Positions 11,141 to 23,505 are shown, counted from the stretch's first letter. The stretch is 64,000 bases of DNA from Nemertoderma westbladi (GCA_032718475.1 JAUCBJ010002077.1:1-64000), one strand, 5' to 3'. A program made the numbers and translations. Notes: generated from the sequence alone by a model not told the origin.

Positions 11141-12366
11141 AAATTACCAATTTGAGAAATATATAAAGCGCGTGTATGTATATTAATGGTAAATAAAACA
11201 CTTTTTTCATTAACCCCTATTGTGTAGGCCTACACCGTTCAAGAGGTAAATTACAATCGGGAAATAATATAAGACTTTGACAGGTGTAGTGGAAGAAAAT
11301 ATCCAAAATGCCTCTGTAAACTAAATAATTATCATAAATTACAAATGAGACAAGGACCCATTATTAAATACTATTTTTATTATTAAATATGGGGGGTTGA
11401 GGCAAATCCCATCTCGATTTTTATCAATTACGTGAAATAAGTAGGTGATTGTTTTGATTATACTAACCAAAACAATAAACGAAAGCCAATAGTTTATTTA
11501 CAATAGTTATGTAGTTACAGTTAAAATTTTGCTCGTAGTACCGGTAATCAGTTGACATTTGCGTCGAGTTCCCCCTGCCAGCCTTAATCGATTTCACTTT
11601 TGATTGAGCCAAATCCCCCGCCCCCTATCTGCACCGGCATTAATTCAATATAGATAAGAATTAATTGAATAAAGATTCATGAAATAGTTTGAAATTAAGC
11701 AAATATTATATATGAACAAAGTGATCTGACATGATAGGATCACTGGTATCGATATTATTGAAACAAAAAATGCAATATTGACGATGAAAAATAAAATCCA
11801 CAGTATCAAAGAATGCACATTGGCTGGGTACTACTGCAGAATGCAGACCATATTACTATAAAAATACCATATTCCTGTCTTATTAGAGTCTCAAATAGGA
11901 TACTGTATGCGAACGCGACCCTTCCCATCCTCTGTAATGTTTTTTCATATACCGGTAAGATATATTCGTGAAGTTTCGACACTACGCTATGTTATTACAA
12001 CTTACACAGACTGAACTAACTGACCCTTTTCTGAATAGTTATGCGATTATGAATATGGAATTATTCACAATTGTATTGAAAGATAGATATCTCGGAATTT
12101 TATTTAGAAACAACTACGATATTAGGAGTCGGATATTAGGATATATATATTTATAATGCTACATTAAGCGAGCGATAGAGGAAGTAAGTAGATTAGGAAG
12201 ATGTTTATAATTATTTTAGTACTATTTGTTTATTGTTTTAAAATCAGAGAGGTACAGTACCGGTAATACTTTTACTACATAATGTGACAGTGTGGGATGG
12301 TCGGACAAATATATGAAATACAGAAATAGAAAATGTCCAGTATGGCATATGGAACTGGGCTGTTAT

Positions 12367-12636
12367 CTACTTAATATTTACGGGTATATTCATATTATAG
12401 TACCGTTTCTTTAGCGTTCGATATTTACGCAGCATATAAAGCGCTTCCAGTTCTTTCATCACGTAGTCACCCATCTTTAACATTTTCATAATTTTATCAG
12501 GATCGCTTACATCCTTGTTTTTGATAAAAGCCCGATGACAACGGTCTCTAAAGAATGTGTAGCCAAGAGGATATTCCTTTCCCATATAGAGTAAATTCTT
12601 ATACAATTGCCGTACAAGATGACGTTGGCAGTTCAT
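12367..12636 (-). CDS. ETFRF1: LYR motif protein 5 / ETF regulatory factor 1
   Basis: 89 aa: [20 protein letters not shown]...[10 protein letters not shown]...[19 protein letters not shown], the LYRM5 signature. Confidence 0.93.
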   Translation of the reverse strand: MNCQRHLVRQLYKNLLYMGKEYPLGYTFFRDRCHRAFIKNKDVSDPDKIMKMLKMGDYVMKELEALYMLRKYRTLKKRYYNMNIPVNIK

Positions 12637-13417
12637 ACCGATCAGCCGTATCGCTCTTAACGTCTAACACTAATAACAGTCTAAACATTAGCCGTAAAAA
12701 CCGTAGTCGATAAACAAGACAGGGGGAGGGGGGGGGGGGGGGGGGGGAAACTGGACACAAATCCAGTCTTGGCGAATTAATATCCCGCCTCAATGTTAAA
12801 TTCTCAATTTAGGGAAAGGAGCAGGTTACAGATGTACAGTGGTTCGTTAATTTAACCAAAACAATGAACTACGGTAAACACAATAGAACAGGTTAGGCCT
12901 ACAATTTTAGTTTTGAGTCTAAACAGCTGTTATTTGAGTCGAATTTCCCCTGGAGAGGGATGAATTTTTATTGCGTCCAGTTTCCCTCCTTATCCTGCTA
13001 TCTGCAATAGGCCTAAACAGATCAACAGATAAAATTATGTGAAATTAAGGAATGTCAGACTGTATTCAATGATCTGATATCAGGATAATGTGAGGCGAGG
13101 CCGATGAGGATGGAGGAACTCTTTTTTGATGCAATCAAAATTAGACTTTGACTTTCTCCTACCCCAGTCCAGCAGTCTGCCAGTACCGGTACGCCGTACC
13201 TAGCTGCAGGTGCCAGCCTACCAAACCAACAGAACAGAACAGACCAACCCCCATGCTACAATGCACAGATGCCTGGATCGCTGGATGCACCATGCTGCTA
13301 CCACAACATCGACTCAAATTACATAATTATCTGACAGTCTGATGATGAATGAATGAAGGAAAGGCTGAAGCCAGAAGCAGTAAGCACATGACAGCATGAA
13401 GCAGGATGACAAAAATT

Positions 13418-13784
13418 CGAGTCCTACGAATTACCCCAACAGCCCAAAACTGCAAAACACCCCAAAATACTGAAATAAGCCGGTTGCAGTGGCAATTTTT
13501 TCTACCGGTAACCAAACAATAAACTAAAGTGAAAAAAATTTTGATTTTTTTGGGGTACCGGTAGGCCTAATTCTACATTTTGAAATATTTTGCGGTAGGC
13601 CTAAATTAAATTTCCATGACAAAGGCTCAAAAACAAGTATTTTGGGATAAACTATTAGGGCTGTAGGGGGTCATTTTAAAATATTTCTGTATTTCAGTAT
13701 TTTGGGGTACGGTACCGGCAGACGGCAGACCGGTGGTTTTGTACTATTCAGCTATTTTGGGGGTAATTCAAATTCGTAGGACCG
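13418..13784. mobile_element. MITE with 8-bp TSD
   Basis: Termini CGAGTCCTACGAATT / AATTCGTAGGACCG; inner IR CCCCAAAATACTGAAATA / TATTTCAGTATTTTGGGG; CAAAAATT at 13410-13417 and 13785-13792. Confidence 0.75.
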
Positions 13785-13897
13785 CAAAAATTAAGCTGTA
13801 GTCAGGCATCAGGTATGTCTGTACGTATAGTTGCCATAGACTGATAGACAGGATAGGGCAGTAGGGCAAAGAGACAGATCAGGCACAAATCCCTCTC

Positions 13898-15057
13898 TGT
13901 AAATGCTTTTGCGGATATAACTAATCATTTTTCCCGCAAAGTACTGTGTAGGTGTTTTAGCGGACATAAAAAGCCATTTTTTCTGTATGTGTACTTTAGC
14001 GGACATAACAAGCCATTTTATGCCGCAATACGCCAAATACTCTTAATACAGTGTAGCTCAGATGACGAAATCTATCAGCTGATTTAATGTCAATGTGGAG
14101 CTTTCTTAACTTTCTTTGTTCGGCTCGCTCGACCAATCAGGGCGATTTTCATTTTATCTTGCACAGAAGCCTACGGGAAATCGCGCAATGCATGACGGTT
14201 TTTGTTTACCTTTTCCTGAGCCCCAGAACATCGGCTTTGGAATTATTCTGAGTTTCAGACTTTAGCCAAACATTAGAAGGCTTTGATTATAGGAACGTAT
14301 AACAGTTATCTCAAATCACGCAAACCAAACCATACAAACTGGACAAACCAGAACATACATACTTGTCCTACCGCATTATTTTACTTCTGTTTACTGTCGG
14401 TTATTAATTGTTATGAGTTGATGGATATGTTGTTATAATTGGAGAATATCGATAAATAATCATAAAACCCCAATCTTCTTGATATACTGAAGGTAAGAGG
14501 GACCAGTTACCTGTAGCAACTGCGACTTACATTATAGTGGTTTTGGAGTGAATTGAATGCTATTTCATAATCCCTACATGTGTCAGTTGCTATTCTCCTT
14601 ATATATGATCAAATTTAGTGAAGGTCGGCAGATCAGTGTGCAGCAGTGTGCGGTAGTGTGCAGGAGTGTAACCGATAACAAAGCATTTCCTAAAGAATGC
14701 ACTTTATACGAAAATCATTAGCCATCCCGTTGTGTTTAGTGTAAGTCATAACTCTGTTTACATACTTAGAGTGCCATGTCCTAAAGGAACTGTTAATATT
14801 TCCCGAAAGTGAATAATATTTGTCAGAGATATTATAGTAACGAGCAATCAAATAATACAGTAAGTCTACACCGCAATAAGGTCAGAGCATCCGAATCCAG
14901 TCTCCCTTAACTGTGGGTGAATGGTCGCGCATAGGCTGGCTTCGGCTAATGTAACTTTATGTGCACCAAATACTTGTGATAGGCTAAAGTCGATTTATAA
15001 ACTAGAAGACACCTAAAATTGGCAGGTTAAACTGCTAAAGTTCTAAAAGCGCGAACA
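13898..15057 (+). repeat. 5' LTR
   Basis: TGTAAATGC...GCGCGAACA; about 14 differences from 23506-24665 by eye. CCAATCA at ~14133, TATATA at 14600 and Inr-like TCAGT at 14633. Confidence 0.95.
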
Positions 15058-15246
15058 ATAACAGTTATTGTAGTTTCTTTATTGCAACGTAGGCAATAAA
15101 GTCGAATGTACTGGTCGACCGGTAACCTGTAGGCCTAACTACCTAACCACCCGAACCGGTACTTACAGCAGTACAGGTACTAGTATTATTTTGATTGTGA
15201 TATTGTATATTGGTAGGCTGTTTAAGAGATTAGGGACTGTATATAT

Positions 15247-18200
15247 ATGTTTGATCCAGTAGTAGTATCAGACCCTAGACTAGTAAAGCACCGTAGGTCT
15301 ATCATAGGCACTCGGGCTCAAGTCAAGCGGCACCAAGAGGCAGCTGTTAAACAGCAGCAACACTCGAACCGAGAACTTATTCCTCAGCGGCCCGATAGCT
15401 CCAGTAGTTCAGATACTGTAGAGTTGCCACCCGAGCGCGGAGCAAAGATGGCAGATGCAGTTTATTCGGATCCACTTCTCATTCTTCCTGAAGCCATACT
15501 CACTAGAGTATTGATTGCGGTGGAGGAACATCAAATTGATTGGGCGAGAAGTAAGCGATCGACCAAGGACAGTTATGCTGGATACACAAAGGAGGAACTG
15601 AAGTCTATTGTCGAGACGCAATGGAACTTCCCCGGACCCGGACTCCCTTTTAACTTATCGGAAGCTGTCTGGGAGGACTTATACAGGATGGGAGTAGTAA
15701 AGGACACTAGAGATCCAGCTGTGTGGAAGAGGTCGGCAGCAGGATATGTACAGGGATTCTTCAGCTCTTTGGAGCGATTAGAGGAACAACTGTTTCAACA
15801 ACCCCAAGGACCTCAAGAGCAGGGAGAGCTGCTTTATCAAGTTCGAGAACGTATCCTAAGAATCAGACTAATCCTATCGGCCTTTGAGGAAGCCTCGAAA
15901 AGAAGCCAAGACATGTCGTTGCAAGTTGCCGTAAAGACTTGGTTCCAACGGGTGAGCCTTAAAGTTCAAGGAACATCCCAATGGAAAATTCAGCTAACTG
16001 AGCGCTCAACCCACGGAGAATCAACAGACGCTACCTTTTCTAAAGTGGAAAGCGAAGCGACATTGGAGAAACCTCAGAAGAAGGACGCTATTGACATCTA
16101 TCTGTCAGACTATCAACGATTTATAGGTGACAAAGAGTTAAGGAGACGGCTGGCTGGACTTCACCCTACTAATGAAGGAGCCAAATTTGTGTTAGACGCA
16201 TTAGATGCAGAAATGTTAGTCGCAGAGCAGGCTAAATTTGATGAAAGCATCCTCCTCGCTAGGGAACAGGAAGAACGATTAAAGAAAAAACGGATAGAAG
16301 ACAGAAAGGTAGCAGCAGCGGCAGCGGCAGAAGTTTAAAGAAAGGCAGCAGCTGCAGCGGCAGCGGCAGAAGCTGAAAGAAAAGCGGCAGCGGCAGAGGC
16401 AGAGGCTGAGGCAGCGGCAGAGGCAGCGGAAAGAAAAGCGGCAGCTGCAACGGCAGAAGCTGAAAGAAAGGTAGCAGCGGCAGAAGCGGAAAGAAAGGCG
16501 GCAGAGGCAGTGGTAGAAGCAGAACGGAAAGCATCTGAAGAGACAATCCAACTAGAGTTAGAAAATCTTCAAGAGAAGCAAGATTACTTCAATAAACAAA
16601 GAACAGCTAAGTATATGCAGATGATAAGTCGATCTACTCCCAAGAGACAGGGATTTACATCATCTGATGAAGGCGATACAACAGATCCCGAAGGCGGAGG
16701 AAATAGATCTCGTTCCAGCAGACGAAGAAGAACGCCTCACCATCAGAAATTGCCTAATTTGCCCCCAGCTGTGAGAAGGCAACTAGCTAGTGCAGACTTA
16801 GGTAGTACAGAACCCACAGACCAAATTATTAGAGTAGAAAGACTCCCTACTATAGTAGATGAGCCTGAAATAATTAGGCCTGTTCTCGAAGCCACCCCTT
16901 CTGTGATAGAGACCCCTGTACTTCCAGAACCTAACTCTAAATTCCCTTTGCACAGTACTAAACTACCTGTACCCAGTAGGACTTTTCCAGAGTCAATTCC
17001 AGTCCTGGACGCCGAGCGAGACATTAACGATTTATCGCCCGTCATCCCTCGTCTACCCGCTACTATGTTGGAGGCTCCCGCTTCGGCGGTAGAGTGGGTG
17101 GATGAGGGATGGTGGGAGATGGGTCTCCTGCTCGGGCAGCTGAGGGAACACCGTTTGTGTTCCTCTCAGCAGGTCCGGGAGATGGAAGGGACTGTTCAAC
17201 AGTTAAAGGGAACAGTCAGAGAGGGTAGGTTAGAGTTGCAAGAAGTGCAGCAGAGTATCGCGTTAGAACGCGATAAATTAGTAAATATACAAAGGGGTAT
17301 ACCATCACCCCCTGTAACAATGTGTCAACCTGTTAGGTCTGAAATATTTCATGCGCAAGGTGTGGAGCCTACACGCATCTATACTGCTAGCGAAGTAGAA
17401 ACTCCTATAATCAACCCCATTAAGTGTAATTATAAACCTGTTGACAATGATATTCCATATAGACCAGATAATAATCCGAGAAATTTATATACCGATAACT
17501 CGATATTAAATAATACGATGGCCCAAGAAAGTTTTACGCGTCAAATGGCTAGAACCAAAGCCCGTCAAGCGGTAAAGGTGGGAGAGATTGTCAAGTTCAA
17601 CAGAGATGAGATGAAATGGTTACCTTTTAATGAATATTACAAAGATAACATACAGAACTCTGTGCTATCTAACGGAGAGAAACTTAGATTCCTCATCGAG
17701 TGTTTGGAAGGACCTCCCAAGTTAATGGCGTTAAAGTTTATTGGACATCCAGATGGATTAAGACAAGTTTGGGATACACTAAACATCAGGTATGGTAATA
17801 GAAATAACATAGCTAGGTATTTGTATGCGAAATTGGTAGCGCCCCGAAAGTTTCTTAGCAGCGGGATTATAGAATTTTCCGATGAGATCCAGGAGATTTG
17901 TAGACAATTAGATTGGCTAGGTAAGTTTCATGAATATCAGAGTTCTATGGTTATTGGAGCTGTAGCATCTACCTTGCCAAAGGGTGGAGTGGGTACTCGT
18001 TGGGACAAAATAGTTCTGTATATGATGGAACAACAACGAAGAGACCCTACCATGGCTGATCTCATGTCATTCTTGGATAGAGAGGTAAAATTACAGCTCC
18101 TGAAGCAGTCCAGAGAGAAGGCACCGGAAAATAAGGTAAGTGAGAAAACCGTTTCTAGGAGAAAGGTAACACCAGTGTGTTATACAGACGATGGCGAAAG

Positions 18201-20172
18201 CCAGGCCTCTCAAGAGGAGAACAACGGGAAAGACACCGAAAGATCTTACTATGTCAACAAAGCGCCTAAGGACGTAAGTAAATTTAAGTCTCGAACTAGT
18301 GACAGGAGAGAACAGGTAACAAAAACTCCTCCTACGTCTCCTAAGAGAATTCATGGAAGAAAGCCCGAGGAAAGAACGAGTGTGCACAACACTACCCAAG
18401 GTAAAGTAAGTAACATCAAACCAAAATGTGCATTGTGCGACGGGCCCCACCGTTTAAGTGTGTGTGATGAATTCCTAAAGAAATCCCTAAAAGATAGAAG
18501 CGAAGTCATGTGGGATAAGCGGTTGTGTTATAATTGTCTCAGACAAGGACACCAACGGCAAACCTGTTACTCCGATGCAAGGTGTGCTAAGTGCGGCGCG
18601 AAACATCATATCTTGTTGCACACCGAATTTGAAAGAAACAGCCCGAGTCAGGTAAGTGAGTCCGAACTACATGTCCAATTCAGTGATGTGAACGACACTG
18701 ACCACAGCTCTGAGATGGAAGGATTCTACACTGACGAATTCTCCGACGAAAATGAATCCTGTTATATGACAAACACCGCGGTGTATCGAGCGCTTACGTA
18801 TGAGACTGAAACCGATAGCGAGCTCCCCCTAACTATTCCGGACCGACAACCATCTTGGAAAGCGCCAACTTCCAACGTAGGAATCCGGGAATTTCCCGTA
18901 GTGCAGTTGAGAGTCCACGGGTTAAAAAAGAGCTATATAGTGAATGCCCTCCTTGACTCCGGCAGCACAGGAACATTCATCGACAAAGAACTAGCTGAAG
19001 ACATCTTTGCTGGACAACCCAAGTTCCGAACTAAGTTGAACCTTTCAGGAATTATGCAGGTTTGGAAATCTACAGTAGCTACAGACTACTATGTAGGCGC
19101 GTTGTCCACCCCCCAGGATGAACTAGGAAAACACAGTATAAGGTCAGTAAAAATGGTGGCGATAAAGAACTTCGCTACCAGCCAAGTGGAACCTTATAAC
19201 TGGGATGAAGACGATTTCACCCAGCAGCAGGAGATACCTAGATTCAACACCGACTACCCAGGGGTACAGATACTCATCGGCCAAAATGCGCATGAGGCGC
19301 TTGAGACATTAGAGAAACGGCCTGCTCGACCGCAACCATTGCAAACCTATGCGGGAAGAACAAGAGTAGGTTGGTACTTCACTGGACCTTCCCGCAGGAC
19401 ACTCATGGAAAGGCTACCCAAAGATCAGGTCCATCAGGCGAGTGAATGGGAAGAAGACATCAGTGAGGGAGAGACAACCACAACTGAGGGAACACCATAC
19501 TCCTCAGATAATGACGATATTAACTCTAATGTAGATCAATGGAGACATTGCCTTGGGACGATTAATCCAGCCAACATCGCTTCCAGAGGAGCAACTCCTC
19601 AAGAACTGATAGATACTCCAGACTGGTTAGGTGGACCCGACTTCCTAAGTAAAGAAGAGGATGAATGGCCTCCTCATCTCACCATGGCTGAGATTAGACA
19701 AGCCAAGGGAGCGGAGAAAGTCAAACCTAAAACCCGGACGAGTAAATCAAAGTTATTTAAACCCGCGATTGATCCGTCTGTACTACACATTTCAGGGGAC
19801 GATGCTGTGGGTCTAAACTCCCCCGCCACAAATAACTCTGTTGTGGAAATCAGAGAAAGAGACTGGAAATCTGGAACACCAGACGTCTCGCAGGGACTCT
19901 CACCTCTCCTGCAGGGAGCGATAAACCACTATAGCTCCTGGAATCGGCTTTGTAAGGCCGTCGTGTATTTGAAGCGATGTTTCTATCGTCACTATTCCAG
20001 GACAAAGAGGAAACCTGGAATTGTATTCGAAACGCAGCAGCTCAATCGCCCAGTTGGTCGTTTATGTTTACTGGAAAGAGACAGAGAACTCTCTGGAAAC
20101 TATGGAAGGCAAGATACTCTTCCTACGACCACCTCCCTAATCCAACCAACATCCAGGGACTCTCCAACGTAA
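15247..20172 (+). pseudogene. BEL/Pao Gag-protease polyprotein (RT/IN deleted), split by one premature TAA
   Basis: ORFs 15247-16338 and 16510-20172 are in one frame. TAA at 16336-16338 is CAA in the duplicate. Contains DUF1759-like Gag, CALCDGPH...C, CYNC...H...C, CAKCGAKHH...H, ALLDSGS, then directly the RNase H tail QWRH...NPANIASRG...WLGGPDFL. No YxDD or DDE core. Confidence 0.9.
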
Positions 20173-20710
20173 TGACATCTGGAGTGGGTGTGTGACTATT
20201 ATTTTATATGTTTTTATTATTTTTATATTTATGTATGTATTATTATGTACTTTTATTATAATCGTTTTCTTTAATTTTATTTAGTAGAATGTTATTTTAG
20301 CGATTATCTAGTAGATTAGTGCAATATATATTAGTCTTTATTACTTAATTACTTATATTATATATATTTAGTGCAACGGCGAGAAAGAATTCTTTTTCTC
20401 TTTCCTTACTGTCCGTATTACATTATAAATGCGTGACTACAGTAAGATGAAATGTCCGTACTTATTAAAGTACCATAAAGCTCCTACTATATTCAAGTAT
20501 TATTGGTAAGTAGAGTATTAGGAATGCAAAGTTCAGATCCTCGTGTCTTGGCTAAACCAAGCTCTGGGTAGACCTTGGAAACGACTTGCCTCTTCTCACT
20601 GACATTGCTTCTTGCAATATTGCTCTCATACCGTATATTAAATAATACATATAGTAGCGTGATGTCCCTTTAACAGTAGCGTAAAACGCAAAATCAATCT
20701 GTTAAACCCT

Positions 20711-21046
20711 TTGACCATCTGTAATTCTAGTCGATTAAGATATCGCGGCACCCACCGATATACTTGAAAGACAAAATTCTAGAATCAATGGTTAACGTCC
20801 CCAGACATGTTCTGGAATAAACCGGTGCCCATCTTAAATATTAACTATTAATATTTATAAAATCTGTCAAGCAAATACAATAGAGTAAATACTTACAAGT
20901 TAACTCTAGAAAATCTATAAATTAAAATCTGTTAAATTTTAGATCCTTTAAAATTCTAGTCGATTAAGATATCGTAGCACTTACCGATACTCTTAAAAGG
21001 ACAAATTCCCTAGAATCAAGGATCCGAGTCCCCAGACATGCTCTGG
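20711..21046 (+). other. Two copies of a predicted structured RNA element (20711-20815, 20942-21046; duplicates at ~30155-30490)
   Basis: Nested helices ATTCTAG/CTAGAAT, TTAAG(A)/(T)CTT(G/A)A and TATCG/CGATA, plus a CCAGA/TCTGG hairpin, in both copies. The outer helix has different sequence but pairs in both. Confidence 0.65.
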
Positions 21047-21873
21047 AATAAAATTGTGCTTATTCCAACATTAAATAATAAAATTTACGGGAATAAATTT
21101 AAATTCATCTCTTTTAATGAATTTGATAAATTGTCATTTTTATACAATTTATAACATTCCCAAAATTCCATTAATTAATAGATCAGGGGAGCGGAGATTC
21201 ACCCTATTAAGTATATTAGTGTGCGAGAATCTCCAATATATAGTCAATAGCCGATAAAATTCATAAAATCATGTATAAAGAGGAATATTGACAATTAAAG
21301 AATTACTATTAAATAGCATCCCAGATCTGTATGCATGAGAATTACCCTAATTCTACTGCTAGCTTTCCATAATGTCACCATGGCAACAACCACGCTAGAA
21401 TTAGAAGTGAGTTAAAAGAACAATAAAGCTTGCCCCATTGAATAGCATAAGGAATAAATAGCACACTGCTAGTATCCAAGGATACATAATAATAATGTGG
21501 CATTCTGGAAGGCACTTGACTAACGGACAAATGGCCCGAATGTGTGCGGTTTGTGACAGTTGTGTGGAATTTGTGCGTTTATAGGTGAATGTTACTACTA
21601 AAGTGTGTTTACAGTAGCGAGTCGCAGTTGTGAAAGTAGCTCTACCTCTGCAGTAAGAACCTGAAGTAAATCTAAGCCCTTGGGACGGACAGTGGAGTGA
21701 CTCGCGCTGGTTGTTGTTGTCGTTGTGCAGCTACTATGTTGGCGATAGGCACAGCGGCGACAGTACATCAGCGCTGAGGATCTTGCGCTGTCCGGGGGCC
21801 GTGAGGGGTAGGCAGCGACGCCCTCTAGCCTAATTATAACTAATTATAATATTGATAAACTCATATAGCAGCT

Positions 21874-23427
21874 ATGACTGAGATGATAGAAGATGATCTT
21901 GGTATCAGGGAGCGATATACTCTACCGTTGCAAGCGTTTGTTGATAGCTTAATACGCGGCGACGCTAGTCCAACTGCTACGGAGGACGATGGTCGTTATA
22001 TCGAACTGCCAATGTCCCAGGAGCAACTCACTCGTGAATTGGACTATCGAAAATTCACTGCTCGCTGTACGTATCGTAATGGTACGCATATGGACTTCTT
22101 AACTACTGGTCATCCTATCGATTTACACGATACGGACGATGTCGATACCGAAAGGGAAATAGTCCTATTTAAATATCATACCCAGCGGAGTCGGAACGAT
22201 AAACTGAGAATCGAATGCGAAAATTCTATTCGAAATCGACTCGAAAGAGAAGACTTTAAAGAACCGGATAAACGCGGTGACTCCAACGTATATTTGGAAT
22301 TCTTGAGAGAAAAATTGTAAAACTGAAGAAAGATCACCCGCATTTCCCCTACAAGACGTGCGTCTTTGGTATTATTGCGATGAATGCCCAAGACCCAACC
22401 AACAAACGGAAAGACATAAACATCTGCGGAGATGTTGCTCTAAATACAGTTTTACTCGCTATATTTACGGGAGTTTCGAGCGAAACTTGTTCGATGTATC
22501 ACCTACGCTCGCTCGACTCAAACGATCCTTAAATAAACCTATGATCAGAGTTCCAGAATACTCGGTCAGGCCTCCTCACTCCCTAGTGAGACCTCAGACT
22601 CTTGATCCTAATAGTATCACGGATCCTCCCGAACTGTACTCACTGTTCAAAGATCTAGTGTTACCCGAACAATTAGTCGGTGGCACTCCGGTTGTGGGCT
22701 CCCTAGATATTCGCCCATCTTACCTAGCCGGATTGGGACGCGGACACCTAATATCGCCGTTCAACCCGTATAATCGTCCCGATCTAACCCCAATACAACC
22801 TGTCACTGAGGTGTAGGAGAGAGTTGAACAAAACGCGTTAGACACTATTCGACAAAAGATCGGAAAAGGAACCTACGATTGTTTGGAGAAACGTAAATTG
22901 CAGCCGCAAGTCCAAGCGGTAAACGAATTAGCTTTATCTCAGTTCGATCGGGAAATCCAGAATCTCTAAGAAGATATCGAACTTGGACGACCCTACTCTC
23001 TGCAAGAGTTTTGGACGAATGCTTCCAACGATAAGCGGAGGAAAATCAGCTCGAGGAGAAGCATATCGATTCCGATAGAGCCCGAAAACGCGAGTTGGAA
23101 AGAATCATCAAACCGAGGAAATTTCTCACTACACACGGTCCACCTACCGCTTTCGTGCAAACGACCCGTCAGGGACCAGTAAGAGCTGCTGTCTTAAAAC
23201 GCGCTCTCAAGGTTGTTCGACCTCGTTCCACTGAGGTTGATACCGATCAACCGGGTACCTCGACCGGCGGATACACCGACCGTAACCCTAAACCTTCTGA
23301 TGCAATTGTATTGCACCCTTCACCCAGGAGTTATAGCCCTCCTAGTAAAGTGGCTCGCCCCAAAGAGAAAAGGACTCTTGCTAGCCTCAAAAAACTGCGT
23401 AAACGCCGTTCACGTAAGAAAGACTAA
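21874..23427 (+). pseudogene. Decayed accessory ORF2 of the BEL element (~515 codons, unknown function)
   Basis: The 148-, 152- and 110-aa ORFs join through a frameshift near 22310, in-frame TAG (22814) and TAA (~22967), and a frameshift near 23040. Basic C-terminus KKLRKRRSRKKD. Confidence 0.65.
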
Positions 23428-23497
23428 CTGTTTAGAGTATTTTTATATTTTAGAAACTGTGATTTTTTATATTTTATAGAATTAAATCCCATTTTCT

Positions 23498-23505
23498 GGG
23501 AGCGG
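23498..23505 (+). promoter_or_regulatory. Polypurine tract
   Basis: GGGAGCGG directly abutting the TG of the 3' LTR (also 32942-32949). Confidence 0.75.

Noticed and set aside
16336-16338. Programmed stop-codon readthrough in Gag
   Set aside because: The duplicate has CAA at this codon, so it is a recent nonsense mutation.
16259-16551. Leu/Pro- and Cys/Arg-rich minus-strand ORFs (also 25697-25995)
   Set aside because: Antisense of the GCA/GCG/GAA repeat in Gag.
21874-23427. env gene
   Set aside because: No signal peptide, fusion peptide or TM anchor in the reconstructed frame.
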